DNA of 63,787 nt, counting the filler, from Craspedostauros australis (taxonomy: Eukaryota), in assembly GCA_030167865.1 (NCBI GenBank). It is 8 parts of 8 records of this genome, joined end to end, with 100 filler letters (N's around TTAATTAATTAA, not from the genome) between each part and the next. Parts side by side here need not be neighbours in the genome. Positions count along the whole stretch, not along the records: positions 1 to 28,157 come from JALAGF010001593.1; positions 28,258 to 53,133 come from JALAGF010001596.1; 6 more parts are not named here. One strand, written 5' to 3'. A program made the translations under genes and the position numbers. Positions 23,601 to 33,798 of this stretch are shown here, one piece after another. A model generated the notes under the pieces. That model saw only the letters and a program-made list of their open reading frames with translations, was not told where the DNA came from and ran no database searches. How positions within the stretch are numbered: the stretch's first letter is position 1; every line of letters starts with the position of its first letter.

Positions 23601-24022
23601 AGCTGCTGCGCAAGGAGATCATGCAGTTCCTGCAACAGCGCAACTACGAAACCGCCTTCACCAAGGCACTTTCTGCGTCGACGACGGACATGACGCTGTT
23701 TTGCTGCTCGCGCGTGAACATGAGCGAAGTGCTGTGCAGTCCATCTCCGTTGCTGAGTCCGCCCATCTTGCTGTGCTTGATGCAACAGCTCGGTGCATCG
23801 TTGGCGACGTCACCGAAGGCCGATTTCACCATCGAGCTCAATTGGTTGCAAGAACTTGCGCTGGCGATCAACCCGGCAGATCCCAGCATCCAGAAGCACG
23901 TGCCAGGTATCATGCAGCAGCTCATAGCCCACGTCGACGCCAAGATGGCACAGAACGATCCGAAGCTTCGAAGGCCGTTGCAGAGACTGCTTCAGATGGT
24001 GCGGGGAATGTTCCTGGTGTAA
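20621..24022 (+). CDS. EDC4: Enhancer of mRNA decapping 4 (Ge-1/VARICOSE)-like
   Basis: N-terminal WD40-like region (YAVKNGLIRVL...RALLRGH...VTDIRFF), low-complexity middle, helical C-terminus with YETAFTKALSA and LSPPILLCLMQQL, the conserved EDC4 C-terminal signature. Confidence 0.85.
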   Translation: MASATKTEPFGTTPLPTCDANGKPVKVTFDPEKAMSIAQQPQTQQIAVYESPLNEECINNNLLDVNQHFCVYAVKNGLIRVLHRHSSLRALLRGHSKQQVTDIRFFLDGDVLGSVGHSAEKSTILIWRIFEQSEDIGCETLLEISTSSFTMEKIIWHLFNPNQFWMIHTTDNADADAKQMVATLVETTKIQTTAHPTDNHALCHIAPGECIMDGAVQISAPSSMAAGSSIKDLCFSGRDSRHVLTVHDSGDIVLWDLKELDNSRSNLTPSGASTVTPKMLTIIHQDAPQTRCFFLPHEFTIEQHPNGVPSDDAAITTCFVTAENNNTVMTIWSSFTERRMHPTKLQVISLENASPSYILDLCFGPAPQDASPPSCFLLAGDRHKGKLMAFHVRSMWNKGEGSQKKALCVGSDYVVPFTQHYPTYSWSVVCSPTTDISEEQLQEQAGLIFDMKLFGYQSKAIQCLTLTSYMCLPPENPWSEATVGVHVEPLSASGATVGASDFPEPPTTTPADLPQVTDIAANLAKLEFAEEYDVEDDDGVADDDDGDDEDSTNDIAAPDPNSLPPPDMSGTDMGYNAGMTGVNNPFANWLGAMAAQSSSTQPPPPGLVPAPADPAIVSTTPDAGIIPLAAQPQGLMPAPTPNDMRAPSVSSTTSSQQFLSPLDLLKGVAPMATPAPTPTPAPVTPSKKESKKSKKSDKSGSQANSSSSNNNNTKGRKGKNNNKSDSNAKSPFPDGKISILKPNRGDGANGSAKTAGQTVPTVPTAAPAVGTATTSQTMQTNVSQIAALPAVTAAAPGPSTSEIEDMMIRCLDVQFDKQQTFIVSQVKSAVKTEVENRVIPAMQKVVRDSLSSSVLRPIQSSVDKLSQAGVKVNKKDFAAAVASSAEEPVKHAMADSVRNVMVPALESIASQITAKVVESIPQPPPQDTQKLQDLTGQLTAMGDIIKKMSAEMQELKQTLATNQAAAAQTASARSLPVGQQAPPPAQHSKVNKLELLRKEIMQFLQQRNYETAFTKALSASTTDMTLFCCSRVNMSEVLCSPSPLLSPPILLCLMQQLGASLATSPKADFTIELNWLQELALAINPADPSIQKHVPGIMQQLIAHVDAKMAQNDPKLRRPLQRLLQMVRGMFLV

Positions 24023-24595
24023 ATGCATGGTACGAGAATGTCCAAATATGATACCGCAAGCAGGCCGATTGGGAAAAGAACCAACTAAACGACGATAGGA
24101 ACAGCCACGCATTCAACACAAGTGATAGAGAATCAACTCCGTAGCACAAATAGCAGAGTAGAGCGGAATCGGGTAGAGCGCAGCGATCCATGTTGAATGA
24201 CTTTCGTTCAGTATGTTTTGGACTGTCCTTAATACAGTGCTATTCTTGCATGAGCATCTGCCGAAATGGATTCCTCGACAGACGCTGATTTTGATACGGA
24301 CAATCAGGTAAAAGAAGAGGGAAAACATGACTCATCGCATGCGTACGCGAGTGCTCGCAGTGTCATCCTTATGCGACCATAACAGCATCCAATGACCTTT
24401 GTACCAATCCATGGCAATCCAATAAATTCCTTCACGTTTGCAGCCTCTACTGCGGGTATTCTCTCACACTCTCGGACTTGTTTCTCTTTTGTTCGCCCTT
24501 CTGGTATGTACTATAAAGTGTGTGCTTTCATCTTTCATTGTGCCTGGTCAATTCTCAAGCATACTTGTACTACAGTCTCTCTCTCTCTCTCGTCT

Positions 24596-25775
24596 CTAGA
24601 CCTTTCTGGCCTTGTCGATTTGTGCCAGCACTGCGTTCTTCGAAACTTGATTCTCGTGACGGATGTGGTGCTTCAGCAAGTCACGCAGCACGCGATGGGA
24701 GACCTGCTCCTCGGTGAATTTGACGGTTGTACCAGGCTCGTTGACGAAGACCTGCTTCTGCGATCCGCGGACGCAGCTGTCGACCTTTTTCCGGTACGCC
24801 TCGGGATTCTTCTTTGCCAGTTCCCGTGCCTCTGGCTGTGTTCATGTTTTGGAAAATAGTAGGTTGTGATGCGAGAGACGTCAGCGATTGGGATGACAAT
24901 TAGTGCCGTGAGCGTGAGCAGCATGGAGAGATAAAAATGAAAGACAGTTTCGCACACAATCCAGATGGAGCAAGCCCGCACGGTTTCGTCATCGAGGTAG
25001 GCGGCAAGTACGAAGGATCATAGCAGGGTAGTATCCGTGTTCATGCGCATACACAGCTCCATTTACAGTGCATGCCATGAACCGTCGCAGATGTTGCACT
25101 TACGTTGGCCTTGGCATCCGCAAAGTTCTTGGAGTAGAAGATCTTCTTGAGGTAGGTCAGTACGGTCACGAGATAATGACGGGATGGGTCCCAGTTTGGG
25201 TAGGCCGACCGAATGTCTAGTATGCCAGTGCCAGCGTCGACGTACGGGTTGTAGACCTTGCTGGAGAAGGTGATCTGTGGCCACATGTTGACATCGTTGT
25301 ATCGCGCCGGCAAACGCAGCTGGAACTTGAAGATGCCGTTGGTGTACGGACCTCGTCGCACGAAGATGATGCCATAAAAGTGCCGCAGATCTTTCATGGA
25401 TGGGATCAGGTACACTCCGCCAGGTGCGTGGGATTTGAGGTGCTTGTATTCGATCGTGACCTTGTAATCACGGAGGGCTTGCTCTCGCTCCTCCTGCAGA
25501 ATTCAGTCAAGGTCAAAGCCATGGGTCATTGGAGCATTGTAGAGCAAATTTGTCCAGGGTGGTTCGGTTGAAGCAAGGGGAGTGAGATGAAGCTGTCACG
25601 TAACATAATGGTATAATTGATACCGTCGCGACGATCGACGAAAGGAACGCAAGCGATTCATTCATCACATCCAACAAAGCAGCTTCGCGTCTCCCATCCT
25701 CGAATGACTCACCTCGGAAGCCACGGGCGAAACCGGGATTCTGGACGGCGTCTTTGCTGGGCTGCGCGAGCTCAT
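24596..25775 (-). CDS. AKT-interacting protein / Fused toes / crossbronx-like ubiquitin-conjugating enzyme variant; exons 25775-25713, 25493-25104, 24835-24596
   Basis: EYKHL..HAPGGVYLIPS, GIIFVRRGPY.NGIFKF, YNPYVDAGTGILD (Asp where an active E2 has Cys), ANPEA across the splice junction. Both introns are GT-AG and keep frame. Confidence 0.85.
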
Positions 25776-26541
25776 TGTTTCTGTGTTGTGCTTCGAGTAT
25801 GCCTTGTTTTGACTTTCTTTGAGGATGCCTTGCCTTGACTTCGCTCTTGTACTTTGGTCAAGTTGATTGCACGTCTACTGGTATGCTCAATGACAACCCC
25901 TTGTGAGATGATGGTGGCAAGTGACGGCGAAGAGTTCGAAGGTGGGGCGAGATACCTCCCACGATGTTGGCGACAACGTGGATGGCGCTTTCGTCCTTTG
26001 GTGGGAGTTACCTCGGTGCTGTCGTTGCTGCGACGATGCGAACGTGAACACAATCGAGCTCTTGACGAGGTCTTCTTCAGTTTTGGCGAATTGTCTTGTC
26101 CGCTTGTGAAGTCCGACTCGACGGACTAACATCGAAGTTGTTCGCGTTATTTTTGGCGCAGGCTCCACACACATTCTCATTCATTTGGGGGCGACGGGAG
26201 ACATATGTTTTCCTGAAGTTGTCTCGCGTTTTGCCGTTGTCACAGCAAGAAACATGTCACCGTTATCTTCTTGACGACGGTGAAGACATCTCTCCCATTC
26301 AATTTGCTGGACACGACGGTGAAGTTATTGCAGTCTATCTTGATGCGATTGCCTCGTAGTGTTCGTACAGGTATGTTTGCCACGACTGCTCTTGATCGTG
26401 CAGTAATGAATGGAATGAAATGTGCAGAAGATCGCTCGTGCTCCGAAGTGCTCATGAAATCGAGAGGATCGAAACGTACACCGTGGAATGGCAATGTCTA
26501 TTTTGGCTGATGATTGCGTCTTCTCCTTCCCTCGTGCCATA

Positions 26542-27459
26542 CTAGTAGACAACGTCTTCGTAAATCAGATCAAAGTTCCTGTTGACGAACCAGTTCGATC
26601 GATTGACCATGCCGAAGAATTCGTACCCAGCACGGTCCAGGATGGCCTTGATGGACTGATCCTTGCGCTTATTCATTCCGTCCGCCTCGACGAGAATGAC
26701 ACCGAATTGAAATTCGTCGAAATTGAGCGACTGCAGCGCCAGCAGCTCGGCGCCCTCAATATCCAGAGAGAAGAAGTCGAAGTGGAATGAATCGCCCACA
26801 ACCTCATGCAGGATGTTCTCAAACCGGCGGCACTTTACGACTTGCGCGTTTTTTATCATGAATGGCCGCCAATATCTTTTCTTGAAGTCTTCCGCGGCGA
26901 ATTCCAAGAAGCCACACACAGCAGGATTAGGGGCGCGGACCCAGTGCAGGTCGCGTTCTTCCGAGCACACACCTGCGTGGACGGTGGCGATCTCGCTGGG
27001 GCGGTTGATCACCAATTTGTTGTAACTGGCAGGATTCGCCTCGATGAGCACACCCTTCCAATTCAGACCTTTGTTGAAGACGTGAGAATTGCTCAAAAAC
27101 ACACCATCCAGGCCGCCCATTTCTATGTAGGTCCCGTTGCAGAGGTTGTTGAACCAGGTCAATAGGTACTTGTCTTCTTCCGACTGGGACATGAAAAGTT
27201 CTGGCGGCACGGCTCTTTGGCATGACGCCGCTTGCGTCTTGAGAGGCGGTGGCTTCGCGACAGCGCTTGTTTCTGCCGCGACGTGAACAGAAGGGGAGTC
27301 CACTGTTGTCATCAAGCTGGCTTCGGTGATGCCGTGTGCGAAGTTCATGGATTGGAGCTGGACGACGAGCAAAGCAGTGACCAGAAGGGTTGCCAGGAGC
27401 ATCACCCAGTTCTGTGCTGGTTTTGCAGGGGTCTTCGTTGACTTTGTTTCACGTGCCAT
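26542..27459 (-). CDS. FkbM-family (Methyltransf_21) SAM-dependent methyltransferase, type II membrane anchored
   Basis: SQSEED, YIEMGGLDG..SNS, WKGVLIEANP, DFFSLDIEGAEL. N-terminal hydrophobic anchor WVMLLATLLVTALLVVQL. Confidence 0.88.
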   Translation of the reverse strand: MARETKSTKTPAKPAQNWVMLLATLLVTALLVVQLQSMNFAHGITEASLMTTVDSPSVHVAAETSAVAKPPPLKTQAASCQRAVPPELFMSQSEEDKYLLTWFNNLCNGTYIEMGGLDGVFLSNSHVFNKGLNWKGVLIEANPASYNKLVINRPSEIATVHAGVCSEERDLHWVRAPNPAVCGFLEFAAEDFKKRYWRPFMIKNAQVVKCRRFENILHEVVGDSFHFDFFSLDIEGAELLALQSLNFDEFQFGVILVEADGMNKRKDQSIKAILDRAGYEFFGMVNRSNWFVNRNFDLIYEDVVY

Positions 27460-28157
27460 GTTGCGTTTGGATGTGGCGACTGTCTCTTGTTGTCTATTGT
27501 CAGATGCACGGTTATGTACGATGCGTTGAGTAGCGTCAAGTTGTCCTCTAACTCCACCGGCGAGATGCGAGCCACGAGTATGAACGCATGCAGCGGAATG
27601 GGTGCGTGATGAGATGAAACAGAGTTGGATTGGATCGAGATGCCTTTGGTGAACTTGTTGTTGTTTTTTTGTTTGATCGTTGTGTCTCTTCTTCAACGGA
27701 TGGATGTCACCCACAAAACACCCAACATTAGGGAGATATCGCATGTAAAATGAAGCCACCCCTGGAACCTGTCGTGGTGACAACCAGTGGGGAGCTCTCC
27801 CCAAATGTTCGCGTTCGCGTTGGATCTTGGAGGGACTGAAATAATCAANNNNNNNNNNNNNNNNNNNNNNNNNNNNNNNNNNNNNNNNNNNNNNNNNNNN
27901 NNNNNCCTTCCTCGGTGGAAGACTATGACAACAGGAAGTTCCTTCCTCTCCACTTGTTGTTTCCATTCACAGCAAACAAAAATGAATGCTCAACGCTTCC
28001 ACATGCATGTTCGTGCTTGTTGGTATCACTGCCTACTGTTCCGTTTCAGTGTTTCTGTCATACAGGTCATATTTAGCACTTGCCTTGCATGTGTTCCCAC
28101 TCTAGATTTCCCCAAAGCACAGCCCCAACCCTCCTCCATCCCCAGACCGCTGCCGGC

Positions 28158-28257
28158 NNNNNNNNNNNNNNNNNNNNNNNNNNNNNNNNNNNNNNNNNNN
28201 NTTAATTAATTAANNNNNNNNNNNNNNNNNNNNNNNNNNNNNNNNNNNNNNNNNNNN
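28158..28257. other. Artificial contig spacer (44 N + TTAATTAATTAA + 44 N); identical spacers at 53134-53233, 55008-55107, 56256-56355, 57465-57564, 59460-59559, 62451-62550
   Basis: The same 100-bp structure with a six-frame stop 12-mer occurs seven times. Confidence 0.97.
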
Positions 28258-28379
28258 GTGTTGTTTTCCAGCAGTAGATTCGACTGATTTGGAAGAGGAT
28301 ACTGCCTGGCTCTGTAAACTATTAGTAACTCAGAGAGGTGGTTTGCAACTAAGAGACTAACAAAATTGTAAGCAGATGA

Positions 28380-28500
28380 TGCATGGATTGTACATCATTG
28401 ATTTGAATTGTGCATGGTTTGTGCATCGTTGATTTGATCGTGCATGATTTGTGCATCGATGATTTGATCGTGCGAAATTTGTGTATCGATGAGTTGACCT
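28380..28500. repeat. 30-bp minisatellite, 4 diverged copies
   Basis: Units start at 28380, 28411, 28441 and 28471; consensus about TGCATGATTTGTGCATCGATGATTTGATCG. Confidence 0.85.
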
Positions 28501-28898
28501 GTGTTCGGCTCTTCTTGATTCCCAAAGTAATCGTGCATTCGTGTTTTGATATCATTGGCTGACAGGATTTCAAATAAACCAATCAGGCTTCTGCTCCTGG
28601 ATCCGCTGTGAAGAATGATGTTGCCTGGGGCATTAGGCTAGGGTTCCATTTGTTTCTGACCCTCAGACACCATACAATCCCACATCGGGGCGTCGCAATC
28701 TGACAGACTATTGCTGAGCTAATCTACAGTGAGGTTATGGTGGCATATGTTTTTGAGAATGGAGAGGGCCAGTCCCAGAATGCATCTTCGATCGATGCGG
28801 CGTACTGCTGCGAACGGAATGGTTCCTGCTTGAAGGGGTTTGGGCAACAAATGAATGTTGGCAGCAATCATGGAGGCAGTGACCAATCATTCATTTCT

Positions 28899-29906
28899 TC
28901 ATTCAACATCGTGGAATGCCTTTCCTGCGAATGCTGTGGGTTCGTTGTCTCTCAGCGAGGCATTGTGTTGGAGCTGTTGTTGTTGTTGTGGTTGCTGAAC
29001 GCCATACCGTCGCACTTGTTGCCACTGCCAGTGCTGTTGGTGATCCCATTGTTGCCACAGGTAACTGTTATCAATCGTGACACTCGGGTGGTAGTAGGCA
29101 CTCAAGCTGACTGGATAAGCGTTTGACATTCTTGAAAGGTGTATGAGATTCAACGGTACTGGAGTCCGATGGTTCTGCAATGTCGGGGATCGATTGACAT
29201 CCAAACCAAGGTTGTTGGAACCTCCCGTTTCCACGGCATCTATCTGTGGACAATGGGAAGCTCCATTGTCGTTGGTTGCGCTGGTCGTGTCGACGCCTCC
29301 AGCACACGGCGTTTGGCTGTACTGATCGCAGGCCGACGAAGCCTCATCGCGCAGCATTTCTTGGCGACTTCCTGGTCTTCGAACATCATCTATGACGAGC
29401 GGCAGTGGCTCGTAGCAGAGGACCACCTTCCGGGGAGCCTTCTTGCCTTGTTGCCGCTTGATCGACGAACACTTCTTGATCTGCCCACGGACGAATTGTG
29501 GGTGGAAGTAGGCGCCCGCGTTGGGCTCAAACACAATCCTTTCAAATCCATATACATTAAGCTGCCGTTGGAACGATCGAAACTTGGTCTGGTTGAAGAA
29601 ACGATGAAGAATCGTTGCGACGAACTCAGTCCGATCATGCACCTTGAAGAGTCGTCCGCATGGAAGCCATGATACCACATGATCGAAACCTTCCGATGCT
29701 GCTTGTGATAGCATTTGATGCAGCTGAAATGGGAACATGGTCAACGTACGTCCTGGAGATGATGGTGTCATGAGTTTGAAGTTGGACGCAGAAGTGTTGC
29801 AACCTCCTTTGTGATGCTCACTTCTCCGGCTGATCTTGCGGTCGTTGTTCGCATCGTTGCCGACGACCGCATCGTTGTCAGTGTGATTGAAGTTGCTCAT
29901 GTTCAT
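28899..29906 (-). CDS. Heat shock factor (HSF)-type DNA-binding transcription factor
   Basis: FPFQLHQML...VVSWLPCGRLFKVHD...FFNQTKFRSFQRQLNVYGFER...YFHPQFVRG is the HSF DNA-binding domain; Q-rich tail. Confidence 0.93.
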   Translation of the reverse strand: MNMSNFNHTDNDAVVGNDANNDRKISRRSEHHKGGCNTSASNFKLMTPSSPGRTLTMFPFQLHQMLSQAASEGFDHVVSWLPCGRLFKVHDRTEFVATILHRFFNQTKFRSFQRQLNVYGFERIVFEPNAGAYFHPQFVRGQIKKCSSIKRQQGKKAPRKVVLCYEPLPLVIDDVRRPGSRQEMLRDEASSACDQYSQTPCAGGVDTTSATNDNGASHCPQIDAVETGGSNNLGLDVNRSPTLQNHRTPVPLNLIHLSRMSNAYPVSLSAYYHPSVTIDNSYLWQQWDHQQHWQWQQVRRYGVQQPQQQQQLQHNASLRDNEPTAFAGKAFHDVE

Positions 29907-31614
29907 GTTGGAGTTCGAGGAGAGTGATGTAATCGGTTGATTGCACGTGATGTATAATAACTGTTATCAGGTTCTGCAGCAGCAAAGATGCGAAATTATG
30001 AGCGGACATCAATCGTGCCATATCCTACTGGTGGATATCCGCACGGTTCCCTGCTTCGTACCGCTTGCAACTTTGTGGGAGGGAAGACCTGGCGAATCGC
30101 CACACGTGCCGAAGTGTTTCGGGACTTGGCAGTCATCGCAATCAATTCCAAGTGGACAGGCAGGTGGTAATGCTGTGATGCGCCCCATCGTTGTTCCATG
30201 TCCCGTTCAACTTGTCCTATCATCACACCTGTCACATACCCCCGTGACATCATCGACGCGGCAGCAGAAGTAGCGTGGATCAGGCTGTCGATGACCCCGT
30301 TCTGCTCACATTTAAGTTCCCTCGCATGCATCCACCTCCCGATCGGCCTGCCAAGATCGCCGCGACAGAGGAAACGGCATTGGTTTGCCAACAGTGACTT
30401 CTTGACTACGAGTACTACGTACGCTGTGGCGCGGAGTCTTGGCGAGCAAGGCATTTAATGCCAGTTACTCGCATGCACGGACAAATGTCATGCGAGCACT
30501 CGTAGGCGTTCGTGTAGGCGTTCGCGTAGGCAATTGAAACACAGATGTGATTGCCTTTGCGGTGCAATTGTTTGCTTCAGGTCTTGCTGGTAGCAAGGAC
30601 TAGCTCGTTGCATGACCCGCTGTCTTGCAAATCTGCAAGGGGAGACATAGTTGTCTTCGAGCCGAGCGATGGATGAACATGGCTCCTTCTGCAGGTTTGG
30701 CTTTTATTGCTGTCATTGGTATTCGTGCAGGAACGAGAGCGCTACCAGCGGAACTGTTCCTTCCTCACCTGTCTACCAACCCTGACCATTTTTTGTTGCT
30801 GGTCTTTGTGGTGCGCAATGACATTCAGATTCCGTGAGTATTTGTGGGTTGTCGATCAATCACAGAACGACTGATGTTGTGGGAATGTGGGAATGTGGGA
30901 ATGTTGCATGAAACAAGCTGGTGAAATTGGCATCTGCCACACCCTGGATCAGGCTGTCGTGCGAATTCTTCCTCGGAGAATCGGCCGGTCGTATACTGAC
31001 CATGCGAGGACTCGCACTCGCATCACCAGAAGTCATGGTCGGTTGGGCCACTTCGTCGCGTAGGTCGTGTGGTGCATACAATCGATCTTGGGACATCGTT
31101 GATAGGAACATGTTGCGAAGAGTGTGGTGCCTCTGTGTAGCCAGTTTGTAAGTGTGATGTGCGTTTCCCAACAACGCGTTTCGCTTCGCCTCGCCATCTC
31201 AGCCCACCACAAGTTGGTCTTGGTCGATTCACGAGTATTCTCCGATTTAGATCGTGATTTGACATCTCTCTTGCTTCGCCCCGTAGACGTATTCTAAAAC
31301 TAGGTCAACTTGGTCGATGACGCTCGCACGAACTCTGTATTCCACGCTGCGAGGTCTACTTTCCGAGAGATGCCAACACAAAAATGACGCACGGTGAGCA
31401 AAGCCATCATCCCGATCTGTTCGCACCCTTGTGGATCCACAGAACAACACAGAGCTGCTGCGACAACAATAGAGTGGCCACATCACTGGCGACGTTGGCC
31501 AGAAGTCGTTCATGGCACTGGTAACGCCCGGCACTCCTCTATCATACCATTCCATACTCTTGAAGCACGCCCACCCGCAGTGTGGAGCACAACAAGGAAA
31601 GGCGGACAGCGAGG

Positions 31615-33318
31615 ATGACCTCGTCTGAACGAAGCCGATTAATCGATTCACCTCGGAGGGAGCTCGGCGAGACCTTCCATTCCGATACTGAGAGAGCCAG
31701 AGCGAGTGATGGAAGTCGGGTTGGTCAGAACGGACCGCATAATACCAATACGCGAGGAGGCAATGGCATCAAGGATCTCGCGACCGGCATCACGGAACAC
31801 GACGATGAAACGGAGATTGACATCGATGATGCGATTGACAGCATCGGCATGGGACGCTTCCAGTGGCAGATTCTGCTCGCGGCAGGCCTGTGCTATGCGG
31901 CGGACGGCATTGAGCTGCTGCTGCTCACGTTTGTGGGAATTGTGCTGAGCGACCAATGGGGCCTCACGGAGAACGAAATGGACACCATGATCTCCATCGT
32001 CTTCATTGGTGCGCTATTCGGGACGCTCTGTCTCGGACCGCTCGCCGATCGGGTGGGGAGGAGGCCGCTTCTGGTGACAACTGCCACTATCATTGCACTA
32101 TTCGGCATTCTCACGGCCTTCGTCCAAACCATCGAGTGGTTTTACATCGTCCGGTTCGTCGTCGGGTTTGGCGTGGGCGGCCTGACGATCCCGTACGACA
32201 CGCTGGCGGAGTTCGTCCCCACAGCGCATCGCGGCACGAATATTCTGAACATCGAGTACTTCTGGACAGCGGGCACCATGCTGACACCGGTCCTCGCCAA
32301 GTGGACGATTGGGAAGGGCGGTGATGACTCATGGAGGTGGTTTGTTGTTGCCTGCGCCGTCCCATGCATACTGGCGGCCATCTCCAGCGTTGCTTTCGTT
32401 CCAGAATCCCCTCGTTGGCTCCTGACCCAAGGAAGGCACGAGGAGGCGGCTGTGATCTTTCGGCAGGCCGCGTACACGAACGGCAAGGACGGCATGCTTC
32501 TATTTCCGGCCGGCACTCAAATCAAGCAAAGCCCGCAAGCAGAATCCCGTGGCGACGCTTGCGCCACGTTACTGTCGCCAAAATGGTGCATGGTCATGCT
32601 CAAACTATCTTGCGCTTGGTTACTGTTCACTTTCCTCTTCTACGGGGACATCCTCATGGTCACCCTGGTGTTTTCAAAGCTCAGGTTTCCTCAAAGTGAC
32701 AGCAACAGCAACGAAACCAGCGATTCGTATGACTTCGACTACGACGCCATCTTCATCAGCGCAACATCCGAATTATTGGGACTCCTCTTCCTTACCTCCA
32801 TCATCGATACAATAGGAAGGAAACCATCACAAATCATATCGTATGTCCTAGGTGGCACGCTGTGCCTGAGTCTCGGATTTCTGAACGAGTCAGGAACCGC
32901 GCCAAGGGGTCTCCTGCTCCTCTGCGCCTGCTTGTCGCGCTTCTTTGTGAATGGTGGAAACTGCGCTTCGTGGGTATTCACATCCGAACTGTTGACGACT
33001 GAAATACGGAGCACCGGGCATAGCACGGTCAATGCGATGGCAAGGATCGGCGCATTCTTCTCGCCGTACGTCATCACGCCAAGCACATCGTCCTCAAACA
33101 TCGGTCTCATCATGTTCGCAATCTGCATCGTCACGTCGTGCATCGTGTCGCAGTTGCCAGAAACCAACGGGAAGGCATTGGGCGTAGCTCTTGGAGAGAC
33201 TGCGGAAAGCGATGCGATGAATAGAGTGGTCGACGACGTGAAGGAATCGGTCCGTTGCTTCGACGATGAACCAGACGACGAGCACGCTGGGCCAAGAACG
33301 AAGAACACATGTCTCTAG
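31615..33318 (+). CDS. MFS transporter, SVOP/NiaP-like (paralogue 1)
   Basis: DDAIDSIGMGRFQ, ADGIE, GPLADRVGRRP (MFS motif A), VPESPRWL, ELLTTEIRSTG, LPET; about 12 hydrophobic segments. Confidence 0.92.
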   Translation: MTSSERSRLIDSPRRELGETFHSDTERARASDGSRVGQNGPHNTNTRGGNGIKDLATGITEHDDETEIDIDDAIDSIGMGRFQWQILLAAGLCYAADGIELLLLTFVGIVLSDQWGLTENEMDTMISIVFIGALFGTLCLGPLADRVGRRPLLVTTATIIALFGILTAFVQTIEWFYIVRFVVGFGVGGLTIPYDTLAEFVPTAHRGTNILNIEYFWTAGTMLTPVLAKWTIGKGGDDSWRWFVVACAVPCILAAISSVAFVPESPRWLLTQGRHEEAAVIFRQAAYTNGKDGMLLFPAGTQIKQSPQAESRGDACATLLSPKWCMVMLKLSCAWLLFTFLFYGDILMVTLVFSKLRFPQSDSNSNETSDSYDFDYDAIFISATSELLGLLFLTSIIDTIGRKPSQIISYVLGGTLCLSLGFLNESGTAPRGLLLLCACLSRFFVNGGNCASWVFTSELLTTEIRSTGHSTVNAMARIGAFFSPYVITPSTSSSNIGLIMFAICIVTSCIVSQLPETNGKALGVALGETAESDAMNRVVDDVKESVRCFDDEPDDEHAGPRTKNTCL

Positions 33319-33798
33319 GGACAATACTCGCACCCTGCCAAAATAGATCGCAGAAGGTGGCAGCAGCAACCACCTGATTTTGTGCTTCCAAGCTCTCCAT
33401 GAAGTTCACCAGCTGTAAAGTACGAGTATGAGTACGACCCGTGCGCATATCAATATATCTATATCTGCATCGCACTCCGCATCGACGTCGTAGCGCTGTG
33501 CTATCATTCGAGCTCGGCCACATCCAACGAGCGCGGATCATGTAAGTGGCACTAACAGCGTTTCCGATCCGCAAGTATACTCATACCTGTGGTTGTAGAG
33601 ATCTGTTATGTAATGCCAAAGATGGGAGAATGGTGCCCCGACATGTCGCTCGGCAGGCAGTGGAAGCGCCAAACGCCAAATTAGCGTGAACTTGCACGTG
33701 TCGGAGTAGTTCGGACAGTACCATCACACTCGGCGAATCTGAAATCCATTTTGATTGACTCTGCCATTTTGCTTCCACCTTTCCTCGCTGCCGATGTC

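Noticed and set aside
27460..27966. N-terminal extension of the FkbM ORF
   Set aside because: It crosses an N gap and reads as non-coding; MARETK precedes the membrane anchor.
28202..28213. Recurrent palindrome TTAATTAATTAA as a biological motif (also the source of ORFs ending in 'LIN')
   Set aside because: It is always centred in a 100-bp N block, so it is an artificial six-frame stop linker.
30501..30905. Short tandem motifs (GTAGGCGTTCG x2-3; TGTGGGAA x3) upstream of the HSF gene as heat-shock elements
   Set aside because: They lack the alternating nGAAn/nTTCn geometry and look like simple slippage repeats.
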